DNA from: a virus
Taxonomy: Duplodnaviria > Caudoviricetes
Direction: 5' to 3' (one strand)
Virus record (IMG/VR): IMGVR_UViG_3300022666_000179
Coordinates: 1 to 24,553 of that record
DNA length: 24,553 nt
The number at the start of each line of letters is the position of its first letter. Within the stretch, counting starts at the first letter, position 1. The position numbers and the translations under genes are program-made. The notes under the pieces were generated by a model. The model saw only the letters and a list, made by a program, of their open reading frames with translations, was not told where the DNA came from and made no database searches. This document shows positions 14,850 through 24,491 of the stretch, in pieces.

Positions 14850-15746
14850 ATGGCGGCTGTTATACACAGGCAGAACGGATATACCACATCGGCGGAGCTG
14901 GCCACGCAGCTCATCAACGACCTGAAGGACAACGGGTTCTCGGTCAAATACGTCAATTCCGGGCTTATTACCGACAACCCCGTAACGGCGACCGTAGCCA
15001 CCCTGGAGGCGGGGGCGGATGTCGACCCCCTGGCGGCCACCCAGCCGTGGAGAATCCAGGTGGACGGCGCCACAGCCTCTACGGTTACCCTCTATTTCGG
15101 CACGGCGAACCAGTTGCCGGACGGGGCGGGCAGGACGGGTTCGCCGCTCGCCGTCAGTATCGCGACAAATGCCATTCTCGGCGCGAGCCTGCTGTGCAAT
15201 TACAATCTGATCATCACTCCGCGCGGTATTTTCGTTCGCATCTATACACAGGGGCAGTCGTATGGCTATTACGGTTTAGCGTGCGTCCAGAGACCAGTGG
15301 ACAGGTCCAGCGGCGCAGTATTGCAAACCGGGTATGCCCCGGTCTTTGCCGTGTCTATCCCCGCCGCATCCAATGTTACCTCTTTCCAGCGGGGGGTAGT
15401 GCGCGAGTCCGACATCACCACTCCCTCAGCCTGGGTGACCATTGCCTCCGTGGGTAGTACGGGCGTGAATGCATACAATCTCACCGGCACACAACCGCCG
15501 TTGCTCGATTCGGCCGGTAATTATGTCATTACCCAGATCACCGCGTTTGCGACGGGCAGGCTGGTGTATCTCTTCGATTGCGACCTGATGCTCATGGCCC
15601 CGTCCGCCGGATTCACCGATGGCGGACCGGTGGCGCTGTCCATGTACGGTAGCAACAGAGGTTACACCTCCATCAGGGGGGCTGGTCCTACGCCCACTTC
15701 CTGCGCCTCCATCCTCTTTCTCACCTCCGGGGGAGGGCTCCCGTAA
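14850..15746 (+). CDS. Putative virion structural / fibre-tip protein (298 aa)
   Basis: ATG 14850 after GAGGGAG; Ser/Thr/Gly/Tyr-rich beta-type composition; lower GC3 than the core genes. Confidence 0.7.
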   Translation: MAAVIHRQNGYTTSAELATQLINDLKDNGFSVKYVNSGLITDNPVTATVATLEAGADVDPLAATQPWRIQVDGATASTVTLYFGTANQLPDGAGRTGSPLAVSIATNAILGASLLCNYNLIITPRGIFVRIYTQGQSYGYYGLACVQRPVDRSSGAVLQTGYAPVFAVSIPAASNVTSFQRGVVRESDITTPSAWVTIASVGSTGVNAYNLTGTQPPLLDSAGNYVITQITAFATGRLVYLFDCDLMLMAPSAGFTDGGPVALSMYGSNRGYTSIRGAGPTPTSCASILFLTSGGGLP

Positions 15747-15997
15747 TGGCTTATACGCCAGGTGCCGACACGGCCATCGCGGTGGGCGCCCACGAGGTAC
15801 TGCTGGCCATCGCGGGGCGGACCATTGCGCCTCTGGATGCGCTTGTCTGGCGGCCGCCTTACCTGATCCACAATGCCCGCGCGGCAGGCGCCGGTTACCC
15901 GGCCGAGGCGGATGTGCGGAACGGCGTGGTGTATGGAGACAGGGAGCAGTTCGAGGGGGAAATGACCGGCGGCGGGGAAGTGAGCGTGGTGTTTTAG
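15746..15997 (+). CDS. Hypothetical protein (83 aa) with a PAEADVRNGVVYG motif
   Basis: TAATG overlap with the previous gene; GGAGG upstream. Confidence 0.7.
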   Translation: MAYTPGADTAIAVGAHEVLLAIAGRTIAPLDALVWRPPYLIHNARAAGAGYPAEADVRNGVVYGDREQFEGEMTGGGEVSVVF

Positions 15998-16044
15998 GCC
16001 GGACGGCGGAAAACAAAGTCCAAAATCAACAGGAGTAATGGCAT

Positions 16045-19000
16045 ATGGCCCAGCCATCCGTAATGGAAATCGTCATCGCCGCAAAGGATGCCTTTTCCAA
16101 GACCTTCGACAAGATAGACGAGGATCTGAAGGAACTGGCCCGCACGGGAAACAGCGTCTCCGGCATTCTCGACAATGCCTTCAGGACGCTGAACCTCCGT
16201 TCCGCCTTCGACATCGAAAAGGAAAAGACGAAGCTCATCCAGGCGTTCGAGCGGATCAAGGTTTCCGGAGTAGCCTCCGCCGATGAAATCAAGCGGGCGC
16301 AACAGGCGCTGAAAGAACAACTGGCGGGACTGGACCGGGAGCTGAAGGGGAATACCACCGGCTTTCTCTCCCTCAAGGGCGCCGCCGGCGCCTTGTCCGG
16401 CGCGCTCGCCACGGTGGGGCTCGGCGCCCTGGCCAAGGACTGCATCGACGCGGCACTGAGAATGACCGCTCTCAAGAGCACCTTTGATGCCGTATCCGGC
16501 GCCGGGGCAGGCAAGGAATTGAAGTTCATTCGTGATGAAGCGAACCGCTTAGGTATGGACTTGATGAGCGCTGTAGCTTCCTATGGAAAATTCGCCGCGG
16601 CGACAAAAAATACGAGCATTGAAGGGGAGAAAGCGAGAAAGGTTTTTAGCGGAGTCGCGGAGGCGGCGACCGCGCTGCATCTTTCGGCTGATGACGCAAA
16701 CGGGATATTCCTGGCCCTTCAGCAGATGATGAGCAAGGGCAAGGTCAGCGCCGAGGAACTCAATCAGCAGTTGGGCGAGCGTCTGCCGGGGGCGCTTAAA
16801 CTTGCCGCGGACGCCATGGGGATGACCACCGCCGAACTGATGAAACAGATGGAAAGCGGCAATATCATGGCGGATGACTTGTTGCCCCGCCTGGGTGAGC
16901 TGCTGCACCTGACATATGGGGAAGCCGCGGTTATAGCCGCACAGGAAGGGCAGCAAGCCATCAACCGGCTGAACAATGAAATCATGGAATCGAAGGCAAA
17001 AGTGGGTGATTCCTTATTGCCGGCGTTTACCACTGCCCTCAAGGGGTTAATCCCGCTCGCGGGTGCGGTTGCGTCCCTGATTGCAGGATATAGAAAACTG
17101 ACGGCAGTGGCGGCAGGGGCTGTAGAATTTATGTATAACCCCAGAATAGTGGGCATGACACCGTCGGAAAGAATCAAAGAGCTTCAGAATATAAGGGACA
17201 GGGTTGTCGAGATCTGGGATGGCATCGACAAAGAAGGAAAGGCCGGAACAGAAAATATAGTGCAGGACGCCATGAAGCGCGCCAAGATCACGATCGAAAG
17301 CAGCAAGACGGCTGCTAAAAACGAGACCGACGTAACGAAAAAGACAAAGGAAGAATACAAGGAGAGAAAAGCCGTTATTGAGGAGTATTGGTCCAAGGCT
17401 ATGGGCCTGGTGGCAAAGGGCGGTGATGAGTATCGCACGATGGAGGAGGCGAAAAAGAAGGAACTGCTCCGGTTGGAGGAACAATATGCAAAGAAGTCCC
17501 TGGATGCGCAACGAAAAGGTGAAGACGACAAACTTAAAGACGCCATCAAGTTTTTCAAGGCTTCAGGCGATATAGACCGGCAACTCTCCGCTCAATACGA
17601 AAAAAAGTATACCGATAAAAAGAGGGTGATTGAAGACCACTATTCCGAAGAATTGAAGACTGTCCAGAAAGGCACGGACACATATGTTCTTTTGGAAAAG
17701 CTGAAAAACGAAGCGCTGTTGGAGCTGGAGAGAAAACACAAAGAAGATTCAAAATTTATTGAGCTGGACAAAATAGAGATATCGCTTGAAAACAAAAGGA
17801 AAGAGACAAAGGAAAAGATCGCTTTAATCAAGGACCAAGTCAACAAAGAAGTCATCACCGAGCAGCAAGGCCGGACAAAGATGATTGAATTGGAGCTTGC
17901 CGACGCTGAAAAATCATACAATGCAAAAAAACAGCGCTTCGATTTGATTTCCGGCCTGTATGACAATGAATCGGAAGAATATAAAACCGCCCTCGCTGCG
18001 ATGAGCCAGGCGCATGCGCGGTTTGCCAACATGCAGACAGAACAGCGCAAACAGTCGCATGAAAACGAGAAAATCAACCTCCAGAAATCCTCCCTGGACT
18101 ACCAGCTGGAGCTGCAAAAGCGCCTGGACTGGCTGCATGACAGTGAGCGGGACGGGCTCATCACCCACCGGCAGGCCGCCCGCGACAAGCTGGAGGCGGA
18201 AAAGAACTATCTGGCCCAGGTGGCGGAACTGAAACGGCGGGAACTGGCGGACGCCCCGCCCGGCACGGTGGCATACAAGCAGGCCCTGGCGGAGAAATAC
18301 GAGGCCGACCGGGCCTACGCCGAAAAAAGGCAGGCCCTGGAAGACCAGATCAACGCCGATATCATCGCCGGAAACGAAAAGGCGGCCGCCGAGGCGAAAA
18401 AGGCGGCGGCTGAAGGGGCGGCGGCCTTCCGCGCCCTGGCCGAGGGCTTCTATGCCCAGTGGGACGCCATCACCAACCGCGTCATCGCCCTGGGGCCGAA
18501 GGTGGCGGCGGCCTTCGGCGTCTCCATCAAGGACACGGCCCTGGATACCGTGGCCAAATTGCAGGCCAAGCTGGAAGAGGTGGCGGTGTCGGCCCGCAAG
18601 GCCGCCGAGGCCGCGCGGGATATCGGGCTGTTTTCCAGTCTGCTGGGGGAGCACGCCAAGAAGGCCGAGCAGCTCGCCTACCGTTATTACACCCAGCGGC
18701 TGGCGGTTACGGAGCTGACCGGACAGTTAAAGAATATGGGCTTGGCCACCGACTGGCAGCTTCGCAGCGCCGCCTCGCTGGTTCAGAAAATGGACCTCTT
18801 GAACGATTCCGACCTGGAGGACGTGCGCGGCGAGATAGACCGCCTCACCCAGTCCCTGAAGGAGGCCGAAGAGCAGGCCGAAGACACGGTGAACAGCCTG
18901 CGCGACGAGCTGGACCAGATGCTGGGCAACAAGGAGGCCATCGAGGAGCGGGACTACCAGGCGAAAAAGGATGATCTGCTCGCCAGACTGGCCGACGCGC

Positions 19001-19578
19001 AACAGGCGGGAAACACGGCCATCGTCAACGAATACAAGGAAGCGCTCCGGCTGCTGGACGAGCTGCACAAGCGCAAGCTGGACAACATCAAGACCGAGGC
19101 GGAGGCGGCGCGCAAGGCGCGGGAAGAGGCGGCGGCCGAGTCCTCTTCATCGCCCGCCATTGTCCCCGGCTTCGCGGGCGGCGGCCGTTTCCCCGGCCCG
19201 GATTCGCCGGTGGACAACCTGCTGGTGCGGGTGAGGTCCGGCGAATGGGCCGTAAAGAACGAGGCGGTCCATTTCTGGGAGAAGAACATCGGCCGGGGGT
19301 TCATGGCCGGCATCAATGACCCCTTGAGCGCGGCGGGCCGCCAGATATGGGAGCGGCTGAAGGCCAGGGCGGGCGCGTGGCGGGATTATATCTATGTGCC
19401 CACGCCGCGCATGAACTTTGCCACGGGCGGGGCTTTCTCCGACGCGGAATCCCTCCAGGGAGGCGTCCCGGCCGGAGTGACACAGGTCGTCAACATCTAT
19501 CCCCAGCGCCTGGACGAGGCCACGGTCCGGCGCGAGGTGCTGCCGGTGATGAAAAAAGCGGCCAGGCTGAAGAGATAA
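16045..19578 (+). CDS. Tail tape measure protein (1177 aa)
   Basis: ALQQMMSKGKVSAEELNQQLGERLPGA tape-measure domain, long helical body, C-terminal FAGGG..PGP..D......GEW.V and FATGG motifs. Confidence 0.96.
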   Translation: MAQPSVMEIVIAAKDAFSKTFDKIDEDLKELARTGNSVSGILDNAFRTLNLRSAFDIEKEKTKLIQAFERIKVSGVASADEIKRAQQALKEQLAGLDRELKGNTTGFLSLKGAAGALSGALATVGLGALAKDCIDAALRMTALKSTFDAVSGAGAGKELKFIRDEANRLGMDLMSAVASYGKFAAATKNTSIEGEKARKVFSGVAEAATALHLSADDANGIFLALQQMMSKGKVSAEELNQQLGERLPGALKLAADAMGMTTAELMKQMESGNIMADDLLPRLGELLHLTYGEAAVIAAQEGQQAINRLNNEIMESKAKVGDSLLPAFTTALKGLIPLAGAVASLIAGYRKLTAVAAGAVEFMYNPRIVGMTPSERIKELQNIRDRVVEIWDGIDKEGKAGTENIVQDAMKRAKITIESSKTAAKNETDVTKKTKEEYKERKAVIEEYWSKAMGLVAKGGDEYRTMEEAKKKELLRLEEQYAKKSLDAQRKGEDDKLKDAIKFFKASGDIDRQLSAQYEKKYTDKKRVIEDHYSEELKTVQKGTDTYVLLEKLKNEALLELERKHKEDSKFIELDKIEISLENKRKETKEKIALIKDQVNKEVITEQQGRTKMIELELADAEKSYNAKKQRFDLISGLYDNESEEYKTALAAMSQAHARFANMQTEQRKQSHENEKINLQKSSLDYQLELQKRLDWLHDSERDGLITHRQAARDKLEAEKNYLAQVAELKRRELADAPPGTVAYKQALAEKYEADRAYAEKRQALEDQINADIIAGNEKAAAEAKKAAAEGAAAFRALAEGFYAQWDAITNRVIALGPKVAAAFGVSIKDTALDTVAKLQAKLEEVAVSARKAAEAARDIGLFSSLLGEHAKKAEQLAYRYYTQRLAVTELTGQLKNMGLATDWQLRSAASLVQKMDLLNDSDLEDVRGEIDRLTQSLKEAEEQAEDTVNSLRDELDQMLGNKEAIEERDYQAKKDDLLARLADAQQAGNTAIVNEYKEALRLLDELHKRKLDNIKTEAEAARKAREEAAAESSSSPAIVPGFAGGGRFPGPDSPVDNLLVRVRSGEWAVKNEAVHFWEKNIGRGFMAGINDPLSAAGRQIWERLKARAGAWRDYIYVPTPRMNFATGGAFSDAESLQGGVPAGVTQVVNIYPQRLDEATVRREVLPVMKKAARLKR

Positions 19579-19597
19579 CGGACAGGAGCCACTGCGC

Positions 19598-22500
19598 ATG
19601 CCGACGCAACAATTCATAGCCCAGACAGACAATATCCTCGCCGTTGCGGAGGCGGCCGCTTCCGCTGTTTCTCCCTCCACCGCCATCCGGTCTCTTGGTA
19701 TGTCCCGCCAGGGGACCGGACTCGTCACGCTGGCGGGGAGTTACACCGGGCACGAGTCCGCTGATTATGATGTGGAGATCGTCACCGCCGAAGGCACGGG
19801 CCGGGCCTCGGCCCCGAAGTTCACCGGCGTCGGCTCCGGATCTCTCACGGTCACCCAGGCGGATATCCCCGCCCAGGAGGTATCGCTCACCCTGGTGACG
19901 CCTCCCTTTGCCGGACGCCCGGCGGAACTCCTGATAGGCACGGACGCCCTGCGGGCGGTCCCCGCCGGAGCGGACGGAAACCGGGTCCGCATCGACGTGG
20001 ACCCGTCCGCGCTCACCTTTGCCCCGTCCGGGGCCTCGACCCTGGAGGAAGTGGCGGAAGGGCAGGAAGACCTTACCGGCTGGCTGTGGGACATCGCGGG
20101 GGTTATCGCTCCCACTGACCTGTCCGGCAACGTCCCGTCAGACGCCCCCCGGCTGAAGTTCGGTGGAGATCCCCAGGTCTACCGGGTGGTGCGCGACTAT
20201 CGCGGCGGTTCCGCCCGCACCCTTCTCACCCCGGCGGCGGTCCGGGCCATCCCCAAGGGCGCGCCCATCACCCTGGTGACCGGCTCCTATAGCGTCACCA
20301 TCACCGGCGAAGGCCTCGGTGTGGCCGGGGCGGATCTGGTGGAGACCTACCCGGCATCGGGCGGGCTGGTCACGGGCTATGACCTGGTTTCGGCGCTGGC
20401 CTTATCGGACCTGTTGCACCCGGCCTACACCCCCGCCCCGGTCACCACTCCCGGCGGCAATGCCCGCACGGACCTGCCGGTCATCACCGGGGCCTACGCT
20501 CTCATCAGCGAGGCCAGCAAGCCGGAGATCCGCCCGGCGGACCTGTCCGCCAGGGCAACCGCCAAGGCGGAGACCATCACCCTCGAATGCCGGGGGAACG
20601 GCTCCTGGAGCGTAACGGGCACGGCGTCCGGCGCCCTCCCAACAGCCCGCGAGGGCGAACGCTACGCGCCCGCCGACTCTCCCGTACTCCTGACCATCCC
20701 GGCCCGCCCGGTCCCGGAAGGGATGGACAACATGGCGCCGGTGAGCATCACGCAGATATCGCTGGAATCCAGGGGTGAAGACGAGGCTCTGCCAAACATC
20801 TGCATCGAGGGCGTCCTGGGCGCAAACGCCGCGCCCAGAACCATTACCGCGACCTATGCGAAACGCCCGGACCCGGACGACTGCCCATGCAGCGAAGTGG
20901 CCGCACCCTGGTGGAATGAAGCCTGTCTGGGGCTGGATATCCTTGATAATGAAGGAGGTGACAATGTGGATGAAGCATATCAGACACGCCTGATAGACCT
21001 GTATGAATGGCAGAGGGATTTTATCGGGGGAAATGCAACGCTCGGCGCCGGGTCGCCCGCGGGTGAGACGCCTGATCCGGTCACATATGTCAAGGAATGG
21101 AGGTTCGACGGCTACAACTGGGAAAGCAACGCCTATGAGTGGTCCGACAATGCCGCCGCCGCAGCTGCCCGTGGGACAAAGTGGCTGGGTACGGTGACCA
21201 TAGATGATGGCAATAAATATGATGACCGAAACGAAATTTTAAAAGCGGCCTATCCCTCAGCCGTAAATGACGACCGTGCAGGCGTACCTGGCACGTCACA
21301 GGCTAGTGGCCCGCCATCAACAGAGGGGTCCATAACTGCCGATAAATACGACATTCAATTGTGCATCGGCATTACCGGCATCTTTGAGGCCGCCCTGGCT
21401 AGGCTCTGGATGTCCGCTGCTGGCTGCGCCGCGTGGGATGCTGAATTCTTGGCCATGCAAACCGAAATGTCCGAGATACTCGCCTTGGGCGGGGTATCTC
21501 GCCTGGACTCAAACGATACTACCTCCCTGATGAAAAAATACCAGGCCGCGGCCAACTACTGCCTCGCCTGCGCCGGCATCGTGCCGGGAAAATCTAGCCC
21601 TGTCAGCGGAAGTGTAACCGGCTGCTGGCAGGATATCGATGGAGAGTATTGGTGGCTGCTCTCCGACGGTTACGCCCCGGCGTTCACCAACGAGGAATAT
21701 TATTCCACCCTGGCCGGGAGTCTCATAAACACCCAGGAGTTCGCCTTTCAGATCCGCTGCGCCTGCGAAGACCGGCTGAAGGAAGGCGACTCCATCACCA
21801 TCTCCATTGGCGCCAACCTCGCAAGCCTGGTCTGGGGCAGTTCCGAAAAGCTGTCAATCGACGTGGTCCCCTCCCGGCCCCTGTACGCCGTGGGCGGACT
21901 GGCCGCCGACGACACCGAGACCTGGAGCGTGGCCGCCAGGGACGGCAGCGGCGTTACCCTTCCGGCCGCCTCCCTCAGCGCCTCGAACCGGCATTATTCC
22001 GCCGCCGGTCTGGTCTTCGACCTCCCAAGGGGGGGGATACCCTTTGCCCTGGGCGATAAGTTCACCTTCACCATCGAGGGCGGAACCTTCCGCTGGCGGC
22101 GGGACAGCGGCGCATGGTCCGAGGCCGCGGCCATCGCCGATGGAACGGCGCTGGAAAGGGGCCTGACCGTCTCCTTCCTGGCCGGGGCCGCCCCGTCGTT
22201 TGCCGCCGGAGACCTCTACCAGTTCCGCGCCCTGCAGGACGCCGCCCCGGCCAAGGTATTGACCCCGGATGCCTGCGCCTGGCAATGGGCCGCCGGCGCG
22301 GCCACCATTACCCTTGCCTGGAGCGCCGCCGCCGGCATCTCCACACTGGCAATCGTGCACGAACTGCCGTCCACGGCAACCGTCAGCGCCGAGATCACGG
22401 CCGACGGCGAAGCCTGGACCGCCCTCCCATGGTTTACCGGCGTCACCCTGCGATCCCCTCTCCATGTGGCGGCGGGAGTTGCCGTGGAAGCCGTGGGCCT

Positions 22501-22915
22501 GCGCCTCACCTTCAGCCAGCCGGGCGCGGTGCGCTGGATCTGGGCGGGCGAGCCGTTCCAGCCCGATGTAAACGCCGCCATGCAACTGCGCCACGTCTAC
22601 GACATGGCGCGCGCCCAGGTCTCGGGGGCGGCCGCGCTCCTGGCGGAGGGAACCGGCGCGAGCCTGGAATGGAACATGTTGTCCCCCTCTTCTGCCTCCC
22701 GTCTGGCCACGATGGTGAGGGGCCAGAAACTCCTGGGGGACGCGGCCCTTGTCTTTATCCCCCACGGGCTGCACCTGGCCGAGGCGTACCTGTGCCGCAT
22801 CGACAACGACACGTTCGAGATTAACGATGATTGCAACTATGAGCCGGACGACACGACGCACCGGTCCCTGTCGGCGTCCCTGGAGCTGGTCCCGGAATGG
22901 AGGGCCGTGGCGTGA
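19598..22915 (+). CDS. Large tail-tip structural protein (1105 aa), Cys-containing, multi-module
   Basis: Directly after the tape measure gene, AGGAG RBS; beta-rich with repeated F..GD.F.F motifs; precise family not recognised. Confidence 0.8.
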   Translation: MPTQQFIAQTDNILAVAEAAASAVSPSTAIRSLGMSRQGTGLVTLAGSYTGHESADYDVEIVTAEGTGRASAPKFTGVGSGSLTVTQADIPAQEVSLTLVTPPFAGRPAELLIGTDALRAVPAGADGNRVRIDVDPSALTFAPSGASTLEEVAEGQEDLTGWLWDIAGVIAPTDLSGNVPSDAPRLKFGGDPQVYRVVRDYRGGSARTLLTPAAVRAIPKGAPITLVTGSYSVTITGEGLGVAGADLVETYPASGGLVTGYDLVSALALSDLLHPAYTPAPVTTPGGNARTDLPVITGAYALISEASKPEIRPADLSARATAKAETITLECRGNGSWSVTGTASGALPTAREGERYAPADSPVLLTIPARPVPEGMDNMAPVSITQISLESRGEDEALPNICIEGVLGANAAPRTITATYAKRPDPDDCPCSEVAAPWWNEACLGLDILDNEGGDNVDEAYQTRLIDLYEWQRDFIGGNATLGAGSPAGETPDPVTYVKEWRFDGYNWESNAYEWSDNAAAAAARGTKWLGTVTIDDGNKYDDRNEILKAAYPSAVNDDRAGVPGTSQASGPPSTEGSITADKYDIQLCIGITGIFEAALARLWMSAAGCAAWDAEFLAMQTEMSEILALGGVSRLDSNDTTSLMKKYQAAANYCLACAGIVPGKSSPVSGSVTGCWQDIDGEYWWLLSDGYAPAFTNEEYYSTLAGSLINTQEFAFQIRCACEDRLKEGDSITISIGANLASLVWGSSEKLSIDVVPSRPLYAVGGLAADDTETWSVAARDGSGVTLPAASLSASNRHYSAAGLVFDLPRGGIPFALGDKFTFTIEGGTFRWRRDSGAWSEAAAIADGTALERGLTVSFLAGAAPSFAAGDLYQFRALQDAAPAKVLTPDACAWQWAAGAATITLAWSAAAGISTLAIVHELPSTATVSAEITADGEAWTALPWFTGVTLRSPLHVAAGVAVEAVGLRLTFSQPGAVRWIWAGEPFQPDVNAAMQLRHVYDMARAQVSGAAALLAEGTGASLEWNMLSPSSASRLATMVRGQKLLGDAALVFIPHGLHLAEAYLCRIDNDTFEINDDCNYEPDDTTHRSLSASLELVPEWRAVA

Positions 22916-23187
22916 CCGTAACCATCCACACCACGCCGCCGGTCACGGTCTCCCGGCCCGGCCGCCTGCTGGGCGTGGGTTCCATCCGCGCCTCGCTCTC
23001 TCCCGGCGCGGAAAACGCCTCCTGTTCCGTAAGCCTCGACAATGGCGACGGCTATTTTTCCACCCTGTTCAGCGTCCCGCCCCTGGGCGTCCTGGTGACC
23101 ATAGAGGACTACGGCGACGAGATATTCCGGGGGGCTGTCACCTCCTGTTCCCTGGCGGCGGCCTGTGACCTGGAGTGTGAAGCATGA
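22912..23187 (+). CDS. Small tail-tip protein (91 aa)
   Basis: GTGA and ATGA overlaps on both sides; SVSLDNGDGYF...IFRGAV resembles the N-terminal part of hub-like tail proteins. Confidence 0.7.
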   Translation: MTVTIHTTPPVTVSRPGRLLGVGSIRASLSPGAENASCSVSLDNGDGYFSTLFSVPPLGVLVTIEDYGDEIFRGAVTSCSLAAACDLECEA

Positions 23188-24491
23188 TGTATCTGCCGCT
23201 GACCCGCTACCTGCCGCTCCGCGACACCACCGCCTGGGGGCGGTTCGCCGCCATCCGCCCTCTGCCCAGGGTCTACGGCCGGGCGACCCTGACGCCGGTT
23301 CCCTATGACGACTCGGGCCGCGTCTTCGTCGTCGCCGACCATCCCATAGCAGGGATTGTGGCGGTAAAGCGCGGCCAAGAGGATTTGACCTCCTGGCGGC
23401 TGCGTCATGGCCCGGACACCACCGGCCGGACGGTTGCCTTTCTGGACCTTCAGGCGGCCGTGCTGGAAGACCAGGACAGCCTGTCAGTCACCCTTGACGG
23501 ACTGATGGACCCGGTGACCGGCAATCTGCTGACCAACCCGGCGGATGTGGCCGCCGACCTGCTGCAATGGGCCTCCGGCGAAGCCATGGACCGGACCCGG
23601 TTCGCCCTGTGGCAGGCCCAATGCCGCCGGGCGGGCCTGGAGGTGGCGGGTGTCTGCGCCGATGGGACACAGACCATCCGCGCCTGTCTGGACGTGATAA
23701 CCGGGAGCGCCGGGTCGCTGTGGTCCGGGGCCATGCCGGGCTTTGGCCGTCTCCTCCCCGGACTGCCGGGGAACGAATCGTCATACGGCATATCCAGCCG
23801 CGCCATCCGCTCCGTCCGGGCGCAATCGGGGCTGGACGACATAGCCACGGTGGTTACCGTCAATTTCGGCTACGACTGGAGCGCGGGGGAATACACCGGC
23901 AGCGTCACCTATCAGGCGCCAGAGGAGATACGGCGCTACGGCAGGGTAGAGCGGACGCTTGAGGCGCCCTGGCTCCCGGCGGCGAGACAGGCGGCCATGC
24001 TGGCGGCGGCCCATTGCGGCCGGTACGCCGTTCCGCGCTGGACGGTGGAGATAACGGGCGACCGCTCGTTATCACATGTCAACGTGGGCGAACGCATCAC
24101 CTGCGCGCACCGGCTGTTACCGGGCGGGGCGGTCGCGTCCGCCCTGGTCACCGGCATCGACAGGGACCACGCGGCCGGGTCCATGACCCTGACCGCGGAC
24201 TATCCCGCCGCGCCATGCGCCGGAGTGGAAATAGCGGGCTGGTCAGGCCGGTTCACGCCCCGCGCCCCGGCCGGCACACAGGTAATCATCGGCAAGGGCA
24301 GTGTAACGATAATCATCGCCGATGACTCCGGAACGCCCCTGCCAGGGGCCATAGCGGCAATGGACGGCGTAAAAACCGCCATCGCCGACGCCTCCGGGCG
24401 GGTGACCTTCAGCGGGGTATCGGCAGGCAGGCATTCCGTGGAGATCCGCGCCGCCGGGTATGCGGCTTATACCATCGAGGTAATAGCATGA
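23184..24491 (+). CDS. Tail tip / hub (tip attachment J-like) protein with C-terminal carboxypeptidase-regulatory-like Ig domain
   Basis: LPRVYG, NPADVAADLL, V.V.F.YD, IRRYGRVE..LEAPWL; C-terminal GTPLPGA...ADASGRVTF..V.AG.HSVEIRAAGY. Confidence 0.75.
   Translation: MMYLPLTRYLPLRDTTAWGRFAAIRPLPRVYGRATLTPVPYDDSGRVFVVADHPIAGIVAVKRGQEDLTSWRLRHGPDTTGRTVAFLDLQAAVLEDQDSLSVTLDGLMDPVTGNLLTNPADVAADLLQWASGEAMDRTRFALWQAQCRRAGLEVAGVCADGTQTIRACLDVITGSAGSLWSGAMPGFGRLLPGLPGNESSYGISSRAIRSVRAQSGLDDIATVVTVNFGYDWSAGEYTGSVTYQAPEEIRRYGRVERTLEAPWLPAARQAAMLAAAHCGRYAVPRWTVEITGDRSLSHVNVGERITCAHRLLPGGAVASALVTGIDRDHAAGSMTLTADYPAAPCAGVEIAGWSGRFTPRAPAGTQVIIGKGSVTIIIADDSGTPLPGAIAAMDGVKTAIADASGRVTFSGVSAGRHSVEIRAAGYAAYTIEVIA

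Noticed and set aside
111-24434. Many long minus-strand and alternate-frame ORFs (e.g. 624-1442, 6580-7581, 12727-13647, 21854-22861)
   Set aside because: They are shadows of high-GC3 + strand genes, with no recognisable motifs or RBS, and they overlap well-supported genes.
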